From NCBI RefSeq assembly GCF_036321535.1, contig NC_087438.1, positions 6,636,001 through 6,700,000 of the forward strand: a stretch of DNA of 64,000 nucleotides, in the 5' to 3' direction. Every line of letters starts with the position of its first letter. Within the stretch, counting starts at the first letter, position 1. The position numbers and the translations under genes were made by a program. This document shows positions 12,346 to 23,545 of this stretch, one piece after another. Below the pieces are notes generated by a model. That model was given only the letters and a program-made list of their open reading frames with translations. It had not been told where the DNA came from and did no database searches. The stretch comes from Camelus dromedarius. Lineage: Eukaryota.

Positions 12346-13590
12346 TTTTTAGCTTATCTTGTTAAAAACATGCCAAGGCTCTCTGTCTAGAAATAATGAT
12401 CCTGGAATAAATACAAACTAAAACAAAAATGATGGTTAAGGATGGAGTAAGTATTTCAGGATTTAATGCCTCTCTGTATGTTACTGCTAAGGGGAATCAA
12501 ACCTACCTGAACCCTCAAAGCCAGCCCATTCCATTCCTTAGTGACTCTAAATTATTAAGTTTTTTTTTTCCCCAATTGGCCCTAGTTCTTTCCTCTGGGG
12601 CACCAATGACAAGGAAAACCTCCCTCCCAGTCAACAGTCCTTCAAGTCTTTGGCGAGAATGCTCTTCAACTTAAGTACTTTCTTGCCTTCGCTAGGTTCC
12701 AAACTTCCTGCAGCAACAACGCATGTCGGTGTGTCCCTGGTGTGTCTGTGTTTGTCATGTCTCCAGGGAGGGGGCCTGGCTTCTCCCAAGGAGGAGGTAA
12801 CAGGTGAGAGTGTCTGCCTGATATATCTGAAGGGATGCTCAGGTTAGGGCGCTGACACACCTGTCCCCAAGCCCCTCCTTTAACTTCTCCAAGGTCCAGA
12901 GCATGGGCCCAAGGTGGCCTCTCTGTATGAGAGGCCCCCGTCTGTGGGGATTAAACCTTCTCAAAGATCTCCCCTCTTCCCTCCTCTGTCACCCTCGCAG
13001 ACAAACACAATGCCTATATCCACGGATTATTCAATAAAGGATGCTGCCAACTTCCAGGGAGTAAAGTAAGATCAAGCTAATGTAATAAAGGATCTCACAC
13101 CTCCGGAGCAGCCAGGTGACACATACAAGAGAGAAAATGAGGAAAGACAAGGGCCACGTGCAAATAAAGGGACGTGCATCCAGAACGATGCCTCACTCTC
13201 CTGAATGGTTTTAACTCTAGGGGTTCCACATGAACAATTTTAATCTAGAAAGTCAAACCAAGACTTCGAGGTTCAAATTAACTATGGAATTAATGATGTT
13301 TAACAGAAAATAAAATCTAAATTCAGTCTCCAATGAGTCTTAAGATAAGCGTCCCCTTTTTCATGTTTTAGTTGTGGAAACTCATCACAGGTCTTCATCA
13401 AATTGGTTTCCCACTGAAACGGAAGTCACGCCGCCTTTTACACAGTCAGGACAATGCAGCTGCTTTTAACATTATTTAGACAGTTCATCAGAGGTATTTT
13501 TTTTTATTTTCCAAACTATTATGCACATGTACATTTTCAGGTTAAGTTAAATAAAGAAATAAGCAGTTTTACAAGACAAAACAAATAGTG

Positions 13591-14916
13591 GATGCAGCAC
13601 AAAGCAGTTCTAAGAAGGAAGTTTATAGTGATACAAGCTTACCTCGGAAAACAAGAAAAATCTCAAATAAACAACCTAATCTTACACCTAAAGCAACTAG
13701 AGAAAGAAGAACAACCAAAACTCAAAGTTAGTAAAAGGAAAGAAACCATAAAGCAGAGCAGAAACAAATGAAATAGAGACTAAAAAAGAAAACAATAGAA
13801 AAGATCAATGAAACTAAAAACTGGTTCTTTGAAAAGATAAACAAAACTGATAAACCTTAAGCCAGACTCACCAAGAAAAAAAAAAAGGAGAGGGTCCAAA
13901 TCAATAAAATCAGAAGGAAAAAAGGAGGAGTTACAACCAACACGACAGCAAGACAAAGGATCACAAGCGGCTACTACAAGCAACGACAGGACAATAAAAT
14001 GGACAAACTAGAAGAAATGGACAAGTTCTTCGAAAGGTACAATCTCCCAAGACTGAACCAGGAAGAAATAGAAAATATGAAGAAACCTGTAATGAAAACA
14101 TATAAAAAAGAATATATGTATGTTTGTATAACTGAATCACTATGCTGTACACCAGAAACTGATACAACATTGTAAATCAACTATACCTCAAGTTTCAAAA
14201 ATGTCTTTAAAAACGGAAATATAAACAGATGAGTTACAGTACTGAAATTGAATCAGTAATTGAATAGTTTCCAACAAATAAAAGTCTAGGACCAGATGGC
14301 TTCACAGGTGAATTCTACCAAGCATTCAGGGAAGACTCAACACCTATCCCTCAGAAACCATTCTCAAAATTTGCAGAGGAAAGAACACCTCCAAACTCAT
14401 CCTACAAGGCAACCATCATCCTGGTATCAAAGGCAGACAAAGATATCTCACACACACACACAAAGTTCCAACATCGCTGATGAACATGGATGCAAAAACC
14501 CTCAACAAAATACAAGTAAACTTCACTAAGTGAAGTAAGCCAGACAGAGAAAGACAAATATCATATGAATCTAATAAAAAATGACACATATAAACTCATT
14601 TACAAACCAGAAATAGATTCTCAGACATAGAAAACAAACTTATGGTTACCAAAGGCAAAAGGTGGGGGAGAGATAAATTAGGAGTTTGGGATTAACAGAT
14701 ACACGGTAATATATATATATAATATATAAACAATAAGGGCCCACTGTATAGCATAGGGAACTATATCCAATATCTTATAATAACCTATAATGGAAAAGAA
14801 TCTGAAAAAGAACATATACATGTATGTATAACTAAATCACTTTGCTGTACACCTGAAACCAATGCAACATGGCAAATCAACTATACTTCAATTAAAAATA
14901 AAAATTTTTTAATTTT
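13591..14916 (+). mobile_element. 5'-truncated, internally deleted L1 (mid-ORF2 piece joined to the 3' end)
   Basis: ORF2-like DNA (aaagcagttctaaga..aagatcaatgaaactaaa..ggaccagatggcttcacaggtgaattctacc) to ~14520, then a jump to ctaagtgaagtaagccagacagagaaagacaaata, the 3' UTR and an A tail; flanked by degenerate direct repeats. Confidence 0.92.
14081..14214 (+). mobile_element. Short L1 3' terminus nested inside the larger L1
   Basis: gtataactgaatcactatgctgtacaccagaaactgatacaacattgtaaatcaactatac interrupts ORF2; flanked by gaaaatatga / ggaaatataa. Confidence 0.85.
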
Positions 14917-15932
14917 AAAAGATAAGGCAATTAGTGAGAAAGTGATTTGATTTACATAGTTAGTAAAACAGTATTTAAAATCTATTAAATGCTAAAGAAA
15001 TCTGTCCTTTACTTAGATAAAACTGGAATTAATGCTTCCAAGTAAGAGGAAAATGAAATAGAAAATGGCACATAAGAGAACTGTGTAACTGCCAAGCTGA
15101 GCCCCTACAAAGGACAATATGATCTGAATAGAAGGACTGAATAAAGCACATTGGCAACAGTGAGTGCTTTTAAATGTTTAAATGTCACTGCATTTCTAGA
15201 GCCTTACCTTATCCTGGTCCCGTGAGAGACGAAAGCTCCTATACTATCATCTCCCTTAGAAGAAAGTGGTTTCAATTTCTAAATGAGAAGCTTAACCATG
15301 CCCATGGATCCCATAAAAATGCAGAACTGTAAACGTTTACAAAGTTGGAAACCTTCACAATGTATTTTTCAAATCTTAGCTATAATTGCAACCACTGTAT
15401 ATAGTATAAAACTGTTTATAAAAGCTCAGAAATCAAAGCCATTAAATACAATCTAAGTGTCCCTAATATCATACAAATGGTTAAAAAGATAAAAAGAGGG
15501 ACCAAAGGGAAGGTGACATGAGTTGTTTCAGCAGTGAATTATCAATTACCAGAGATGGTTACGGCACCATAATTATCTCCTGGGTGAACTCCGTCTTATC
15601 AGCAGCTGGTCTGGAAGAAGCGTCCCCCAGGCATAGAATCAACAAATGTTCATCAGGCATCAAAAGCAACTCTCCACTCTAGGTCGAAAGCAGGTCACTC
15701 AGGACCAATCCAAGAGGCAGAAAAGTCGCTGAAGACTGGGGGCAGCCCAACCACCAGGATGCGGGCAAGGTGCCAGACACTCTGCACCAATCCCTTACAG
15801 ACGGTGTACTGGGCTGAACAGTGGAATCGTGCCTCCACAAAGTCCATGTCCTCCTGGAACTTCAGAAGGTTATGTAACTTGGAAATAAGATTTTTGCAGA
15901 CATAATGAGATACATTAAGATGAGATCTTTCT

Positions 15933-16079
15933 GGGGGTGGGTATAGCTCAGGGGTAGAGTGCATGCTTAGCATGCATGAGGTTCTGGATTCAATCCCCAG
16001 TACCTCTGTTAAAATAAGTAAGTAAGTAAGTAAATAAATAAATAAATAAATAGCCTAATTACCCTCCCAGAAAAAAAAA
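15933..16079 (+). mobile_element. tRNA-Ala-derived camelid SINE (Vic-1-like)
   Basis: Pol III A box (tagctcaggggtaga), B box (gattcaatcc), AGC anticodon-like arm, then (TAAR)n, cctaattaccctccc and an A tail. Confidence 0.92.
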
Positions 16080-16624
16080 TTAGCAGCACTATTTACAATT
16101 ACCAAGTATGGAAGCAACCTAAGTGTCCATCAATAGATGAATGGGTAAAGAAGTTGTATATATATATATATACACACACATATATATACATATATATATA
16201 TATATACAATGGATATTATTCACCATAAAAATGAAGTTTTGCCATTTTCAACACTGTGGATGGACTGAGTGAAATAAGTCAGACAGAGAAAGCTAAATAC
16301 TATATGATACCACTTGTTTATGGAATCTAAAAAATAAAACAAGTGAATGCATATGCAAAACAGAAACAGACTCAGATGCAGAAAACAAACCAGGGAAGGG
16401 GCAAGGAAAGGGGGAGGGTCAACTTAGTGGTGTAGAGTTAAGCGATACAAACAATATATAAAGCAGGTAAGCAACAATGTTATATTCTACAGAATAGAGA
16501 ATTATAGCTGTTATTTTGTAATTACTTTTAATGGAGTATAATCTATAAAAATACTGAATCACTATGTTGTACATCTGAAACTAATATAATATTGTGAATC
16601 AACCATTCTTCAATTTTAAAAAAT
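16080..16624 (+). mobile_element. L1 3' end (ORF2 tail plus 3' UTR) abutting the SINE
   Basis: tagcagcactatttacaat..ggaagcaacctaagtgtccatcaatagatgaatgg..actgaatcactatgttgtacatctgaaactaatataatattgt; contains a (TA)n/(CA)n tract at ~16157-16206. Confidence 0.92.
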
Positions 16625-17437
16625 AGTGTGAATGTGTGGCAAAAATAAATAAAAAAATAAGATGAAGTCTCTCTGGATTAGAGTGGACCCTAATCCAATT
16701 GATGACCTTATAAGAAAAGACATAGAGGTATGCACAGGGCAAATGCCACATGCGACTGTGGAAAAGCCTGGAGTGATGTGTCTATGAGCCAAGGAACACG
16801 AGGGACTACAGGCAACCACAGCCAGGAAGCCAGGAAGGGGCCTGGACCAGATTTTCCCTCACAACCTCAGAAGGAACCAACTCTGCTGACTGGCACCTTG
16901 GTCTTGACTTCTGGACTCCCAGAGTGTGAGAAAACAAATTTCCATTGCTGTAAGCCACCATATGTGTGTTCAGTAGCCTCTAGAAAACATACACAGACAG
17001 CAACTACAACTACAACGAGAATTATGAAAATCCCCTTGGTCGTAGTACAAAGACTTAGCAAATTTCAGCCACTACTAACATAAACAGTGTTTAGGGTAAC
17101 CAAGAGAATATTTAATAAACTATAACTTGTCTTCCAATGAAGCAATTTGGGGTTTAGGGTCTGCACTTCAATCATGAACTAAGCATATACTTGTTGCATG
17201 GCCAAAATACTTCAGGCTTTGACTTGGACACCATGGGAGACTAGAAACAAGCTAAACAAACAAACAAAAAGAAAAGACCGAGAGAGATTCAGATGTATCT
17301 GGAGAACAAAGGAGACACATTCTAATGATAATGAGATTTACAACAAAGTACACCATATATAAGCTTGAATCACTTGAAAATGCCAACAGTTGACTTTTTC
17401 TTGAACTACAAAAATAGCTATTCCATATGGCTTAAGC

Positions 17438-17655
17438 CAGGGGTCGAAACTGGAGCCCATGGACCAAATGTGAACCACAGCCTGTTTATGTACATAAAGC
17501 TTTATTGGCACACAGCCACACCCACTCTTTTGCATGCTGCCAATAGCTGCTTTCATGCTACAACAGTACAATTAGGTCATGGTAGGGATCATGCGGACTT
17601 CAAAGCCTAAAATATTTAACAATTGGCCCTTTATGAGCAAACTTTGTCAAGCTTG
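17438..17655. mobile_element. MER58A-like hAT-Charlie element
   Basis: caggggtcg..taaagctttattggcacacagccacaccca..gctgctttcatgctacaac..caaagcctaaaatattta..tggccctttat. Confidence 0.85.
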
Positions 17656-19759
17656 CTTTAACCTAAGAGTTACATCAAATGACAGGCAAGGGCAACAGAA
17701 TTTCAGGAGCAGAAGAGGTGAGTGAAGTGTTTCCAGAGCCCAGATTTGAGCTGGGGCTTGAGAAAGAGTTGGATTTTGAACCGGAAGGGAAAGGACTCTT
17801 CAAGGGATGGCAACAGGTGATAATGACCATGCTGGCTCTCAGGACCCAAATGCAAGGGGCACCTCAGCCACTTGGACATACAAAAATACCCCCACCACTT
17901 GCTTCCAGGCACTGTCTCTGCTGAGCCCACTGGGGGAACCTGGAACCAGAATGAGAAAAGTTTGGTACAGTTTTCAGAGACGTCAAAATTCCCTGAACAC
18001 CAGACAGAGAAACAGTATATTTTTCTTTAAAACACAAATCAACAGAGGGGCGGGACAAAGGTATAATAGATTTTTTATGTTAGGGAGATAAGTTCTATAG
18101 ATGCGAAATGACTGATCTACAGCCAAAATTGTATTATATGAAATATCTATCCTCATGGCTCTCTATAGGGTTATATCATGAAGAATAACTATTCCAATGT
18201 TTGCAGTAATTACATTTTAAAGACTTAAGGGGTGTTTCAGATAATTGGGATCCCCTTTGAGGTTATCAAATCAAAAAGGAACAAAAAGGAGCATTTCTTC
18301 CTCATTAATAAGCCACACCTTTTCATCTGCTATAAAGCTTGTGTTTGTATTGTACACAGAGTTGTAAAGTTCTTGCTACCAAATGCTTCCCAAAGATATA
18401 AAAATGCTGAAAGCAAGAGGGAAATTTGCCTGAGTCAGGACAGCCCTCCTCTTTTCCAAAAGCACATTGAAACCTGGTGGTAACAGACATTTAAGGTTTA
18501 GGATTCAGCTAGAAAGCCAAGTGGGATGCGTGTATGTAAAGCCAACAAGTAAATAGATGTTTGCGTGTTCATATGTCTGAAATTAAATATATCTGAAACC
18601 ACATTTATGAGGACCGTCCAGGGTAAAATAGTTTACTGATTTTATCAAAACTCATTCCCAGCACACACAGGTGCCTTTAATTACATAAACCAGCCCTCCG
18701 CTGCCCGTGAAGACTTCAGCTTACAAAATAAGAATTAGACAGCTTGGAAAGACTGATGTACAACACAATTGCCCCTGATTGTCTACTGCAAATGCTGCCA
18801 GCCCTTAGCTACCTTCCAGAGGTGACTTCCTCCCTGAGAGCCATCAGTGACTGAAGGTCCGAGAGGCCCTGGGCAGCGGGTCTTGAGATGCCAGTTCAGG
18901 TCCCTGGCTCCATCCCAGTAGAGCGGGGCGATGAAAGGGCAGGACTCAGGTCCTGTGTCAGCACACAGTCATGTTTCTGGTCACATGATCTGCTTCACCC
19001 CTACTGTTTTATGTGGCTCTATGTAAGCTTCATGTGACTACACAAATACCAGGACAATCCCGTGCCATGCAAGGATGGCAGTGACCTCCTCAAGATAATC
19101 TAAGAAGCTGGGGAGGGAAACACAGGGCAGAGTTTGGAGCCAGGTTGAGTCACAGTCAGCTCAGCTGTCATCTCCAGGCCTGCTGGGCTGGGAGGAGAAA
19201 GTTTTCCTGAGAGCTGTGTGGAGGCCCCTGCTGGGCCCTGGGGCCCGGGCTGGAAGGGTGCGGCCAGCCCACGGAAACCTCTCGGGGCACGAGCCCTCCT
19301 TGCCCACCTTCTCCAGGGCTCCCATGGAGAAGTCAGCCAAAAGCGGACTCTGGCCAGCCTCTGAGGCAGCCCGTGCAGGTGAATCCCCGCCAGAGCCGGG
19401 ATCTGCAGGAGCCAACAGAAAACCCCCAGAACCAAAGGAAAAGACATCACCAACCCTCCGTTCATTTGTCAATAGATACTTGCTTTTATGTCGAGTTAAG
19501 CAACCATCTCCATTCCAACCATTTTTACTTTTAGCAAATTCCACTTTTTCCTCCCACCTTCATTCCTCCGTGTTGTGGGGGCATTCCGTGCAGGTGACCT
19601 AAGACAGAGGCTGAGCCAAGAGCCTTGTGCAACAGAGAAACACGTTACCCGTGACCTGCTAAGAGAATTTCTATTCGTGGAATCGTCACAGCAGTAATAC
19701 TGCCAACCTCGAGTGCTCACCACAGAGCAGGCAGTTCTCAAGCATCAACAGTCTCTGTT

Positions 19760-19925
19760 CACAAACCCTCTATGAGGCAGGAACGACTCGTCATTTTAGA
19801 ACTGAGGACAGTGAGACACAGAGGGACTGGGTATGTTCCTCAAGTTCTCAGGGACCCTACATGGTAGAACTGAGCCACAAACCCAGCCACCTCCATCCAA
19901 AACCCACTCTCATAACCACCACATC
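19760..19925 (-). mobile_element. MIR SINE
   Basis: aaccctctatgaggcagg..cattttagaactgaggacagtgagacacagag (MIR core, reverse orientation). Confidence 0.65.
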
Positions 19926-20299
19926 GATACTGCATTGTAACCAGAACAAAAAGGTCCAGAAGACCTTGATACTTAAAGAAACCCTGCAACTAATCTGCCC
20001 ATGGAGTAAAGAAAATCTACTATAGTGAAAAGGATCACGCATTTTGTAATTTGTATGTTGGACACTGCAGGTGGTACTTTCTGAAGTAGCCAGGCACTGG
20101 CTTCCAGATCCTGTCTTTACAGAAATGAAGTTGAGTATGATTGACTTAAGCAAGTGATCACACATTTATTCTGTGGGTTCCTATGCACTGAGCACGAGGA
20201 ATGGTGCACCAGATGGCACTTCTCCACATACAGCCCTTCGGCCCTTGACACAACCTCCCCCACAAACACAAGACCTCTGCAGTGTGCCTTGGCACCTGC

Positions 20300-20708
20300 C
20301 CACCAGTTAACACTCTGTTCCTCCAACCCCCTGAATCTGGGCAAGCCCTAGGACTGTCCTGACCAACAGAATACAGTGGAAATCCTTGGTTCGGGCATAG
20401 CCTTTAAATGGCCTGGCAACTTGGGTTTTCTGCCTCTTGAAACTCACCCCTTCATGTAAGAAGAGGGAGGCCACATGTCCAAGTGAAGCTATCCTCAACA
20501 TCCAGCTCTGGGAAGTCTCTGATGGGGTAGCCCGCTGGCCCTGGCTGCCACGTGACCACAGCTGCAGGAGAGACCCAAGGAGGACCATCCAGCCCAGCCC
20601 AGCCCAGCCCAGCCCAGCCAAAGGACTGTGAGTGAGAATAACCAACTATTGGCCAAGACCACTAAATTTTGAGATTATCTGCTACACAGCAAATAGATCC
20701 TGAAAACA
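20300..20708 (+). mobile_element. MaLR LTR (MLT1F/G/H-like) with an expanded (AGCCC)n
   Basis: ccctgaatctgggc..tgaccaacagaatacagtggaa..aagaccactaaattttgag..tgctacacagcaaatagat..aaaca. Confidence 0.75.
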
Positions 20709-20899
20709 AATGAGTTTATCGATGTAGTGTATTTACTTTTCAGAAGAGTAAAAGGATAAGAGGGCCCTGAGCTGAAAATAAGAGAACTACATTGTTTGCC
20801 TAAATTTCCAAATAGAAAAACAACCTAATCTGGGACCACGCAGCTACAGGGAATTTAGGAGGAACCCAGCTCCAGAGGTCTGGAAAGCTTTTATGGTCT

Positions 20900-21170
20900 T
20901 TTCTTTTTTCTTTATACTGGAAGTTTGTACCTATGACCCTCTTCACCAATTTGCCCACCCAGCTCCCCCACCTCTGGCAACCACCAATCTGACCTCTGTA
21001 TCTGAATTCTGGTGTTTTGTTTGTTTGTTTTGAAAATCCACATATAAGTGAATCATACCATATTTGTCTTTCTCTATCTGAATTATTTCACTTAGAATAA
21101 TACGCTCAAGGTCCATCCATGCTGTTGTGAATGGCAGGATTTCCTTATCTTTAATGGCTGAAAAATATTC

Positions 21171-21210
<40 letters not shown>

Positions 21211-21875
21211 ACCACATCTTCCTTATGTCTTCATCTATTAATGGACACTTAGGTTGTTTCCTTATCTTGGCTGCTGTAAATAACACTGCTATAAACATGG
21301 GGGTGCATATATCTTTTTGAATTAGAGTCTTCGTTTCCCTCAAATAAATACCCAGAAGTAGGATTACTGGATCATGTGACGGTTCTATTTGAAATTTTTT
21401 GAAATATCTCCATACTGTTTTCCACAGCGGCTGCACCAATTTACATTCCCACCAACAGCACACAGGGGTTCCCTTTTCTCCACATCCTTGCCAATGCTTG
21501 TTAGTTCTTGTCATTTTGATAATAGCCACTTTAACAGATGTGAGGTGTTATCTCCTTGTGATTTTGATTTGCATTTCCCTGATGATTAGTGATGTTGAGC
21601 ATCTTTCCACACAGGCCCTCTACACGTCTTCCTTAGAAAAATGTCTACTCAGATCCTTTGCCCATTTTTAGGTTGGATTATTGGGTTTTTTGCTATTGAG
21701 TTGCATGAGTTCTTTATATATTCTGGATATTATCCCCTTATCAGATTTATGATTTGCAAATATATTTTCTCCCATTCCATAGGCTGCCTTTTCATTTCAT
21801 TGACAGTTTCCTTTGCTGTGCAGATGCCTTTTAGTTTGATGTAGTCCTACTTGTTTATTTTCGCTTTTGTTGCCA
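20900..21875 (-). mobile_element. L1 (L1MA9-like) ORF2 C-terminus plus part of the 3' UTR
   Basis: ORF 21092-21529 encodes CWWECKLVQPLWKTVW..LLGIY..KDICTPMFIAVLFTAAK..KQPKCP; ORF 20943-21215 continues in another frame. Confidence 0.95.
21174..21208. repeat. (TG)n microsatellite within L1
   Basis: Perfect TG run of about 17 units. Confidence 0.95.
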
Positions 21876-23537
21876 TTAGATAGTTCGTAGGACATGGTGC
21901 TTACAGACCTGCAAAAGGTATTGATGCTTCTGGAAATTCTACAGAGAGAGGCAGAAGGGCAGCCCTTCCTGAGCTTTGAGACCTGTTGCAGCATGTATCC
22001 AGATGGTTCTGGCTATTACCAGAAGCCTTCCTTCCAGTTCTGAAAGCACAGCCAAGCTGTTAGCTGCATCACGGTCTGAGGAAGCATCCAGGGATGGCGG
22101 CCAGGCCTTGGGTGTGGAGAGATGTCTGAGTCAGGTCGCCAGTCTTGCCTCCCATCCTTCCCACCTGTATCATCGAAGCAAAAGTTCCTGCAGCCTTCTT
22201 TCTGGCTGCCAGGCTTGTCAGCACCTTTCTGAGAGGTCAGGATGCCACGTGGCCGGCAGGGGAGGCAGCCTGCCCCTTCCTGGGGCAGCTGAGCCCTCCC
22301 TCTCTCTCTGCCTGCTCCCCCACCAGCCGCCCGCCTCCTCCCGCCAGCTTCCAGATACAGCACCTCGGTCTCTATTTCTCGTTAAGCTACTGAACCACCA
22401 CTAATAAACTTCAATTAAAACAGAAGAAAACACGCACGCTCATTAGGTCAGAAACATTTCCGACTTTGACCTACAGGCCTCTGCCAACATGATTAAGAGA
22501 TCTACTGGACTGGAGCCAGAATGTTTCGTTCATGTTATAAATCAGTGACCTGCTTGCACTGGCCTCCTCTTGGTATTTCGAGCCTTATAAAAAAAATGCC
22601 GTAGGTTCGTTTGCAAAGTTGGCTTTCAGCTATTCATTCATTCTGTGTCAAGCTCTTCAGCAAGAAGCAGGTGGAGAATTGTGAAATGACAGCTCCTTTT
22701 GGCGACTGAGTGTACAGGTAAGGTCTCCTTCTGCTACTCCACCGCCCAGATTCTCACTGTTCATCCTTACCCCAATAAGTGGAATCAGTCACCTGAAACT
22801 CAAGCACCACAAATCCCAAAAGGCGTCGGGTTCAGACAGACTCAGTATCATTTCCAAAAGGCTCAGTGGCCAGTGTGACCTCTGAGGAGAAGGCAAAAAG
22901 CAAAGGACCAGTGGGAAGGACAGAGAGAGGTTCTGGGGGCATCTTCTCAGAAGCCCCTCTTCTGTTCCTGACCCTGCAACCCCCAGCCGCCTTCAAGCTG
23001 CCTGTTTCCAGAAACTATCTCACAAGCAAGTTGGCAGTTCTCTGCTGTGTCGGGTTATACCACGAAGAGACCACGTGCTGAAAAAAAAAAAAATCGTGTT
23101 CACACAGGGCTGCGGGTGATGGGAGGGAGCTCAGACAATTCCATTTAGACTGAGAGCCACATTTTTTATGTTTTGAGGTTTTCCCCAGGTTTTACGTTCT
23201 GATGGATACTTGTAACATGAACACCTTCATCCAAATTAAACATCCAAAAGGAAACAACACACGTAATTGATCAACTCTTCAAGTCTCAAACAACATCCTG
23301 GGGGAAAAAAAAGAAAAAAGGGCTCCTTTATAATATTTTCTTCTTTATTTCCAAAACATTTGCCAACACTGATCCTGAAACAAGGCGCTTCTCTTTCAGG
23401 TTTATATAAACGACAAAGGGAAGAAAACAGGATGGAGTGAATTCGTTCTCCTGGTTCACAGACACCTGTGCAGTGGGAAATGACGACTGGCCCGCACTGG
23501 CAGACAACCTGAGAAACGTAAATGGTCACTGGCACTC

Positions 23538-23545
23538 TGACGTCA
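23538..23545. promoter_or_regulatory. Full palindromic CRE (CREB/ATF) site
   Basis: TGACGTCA with intact CpG outside the CpG island. Confidence 0.4.

Larger units (their letters stand above)
15805..16995 (+). mobile_element. MaLR solo LTR (MLT1A/B/C-like) split by a SINE+L1 insertion
   Basis: TG..CA ends; 5-bp TSD gacgg (15800-15804) / gacag (16996-17000); MLT1 motifs ggattagagtggaccctaatccaat, gaaggaaccaactctgctgac, aaatttccattgctgtaagcca. Confidence 0.9.

Noticed and set aside
15205..15250. gtgagagacgaaagctc resembling a hammerhead ribozyme core, next to a donor-like AAG|GTAAGG on the minus strand
   Set aside because: No CUGANGA core and no convincing three-stem pairing; the acceptor for an exon is weak.
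20589..20619. (AGCCC)n pentamers resembling immunoglobulin switch repeats
   Set aside because: Only about six units, expanded from a motif inside an MLT1 LTR; no Ig context.
21092..21529. 145-aa ORF with a Cys-rich motif (also ORF 5750-6130)
   Set aside because: Frameshifted L1 ORF2 C-terminal remnants, not host genes.
23200..23320. Strong minus-strand acceptor (cttttttctttttttcccccag|G at 23297)
   Set aside because: No good donor within normal exon distance; likely a decoy from an A-rich tract.
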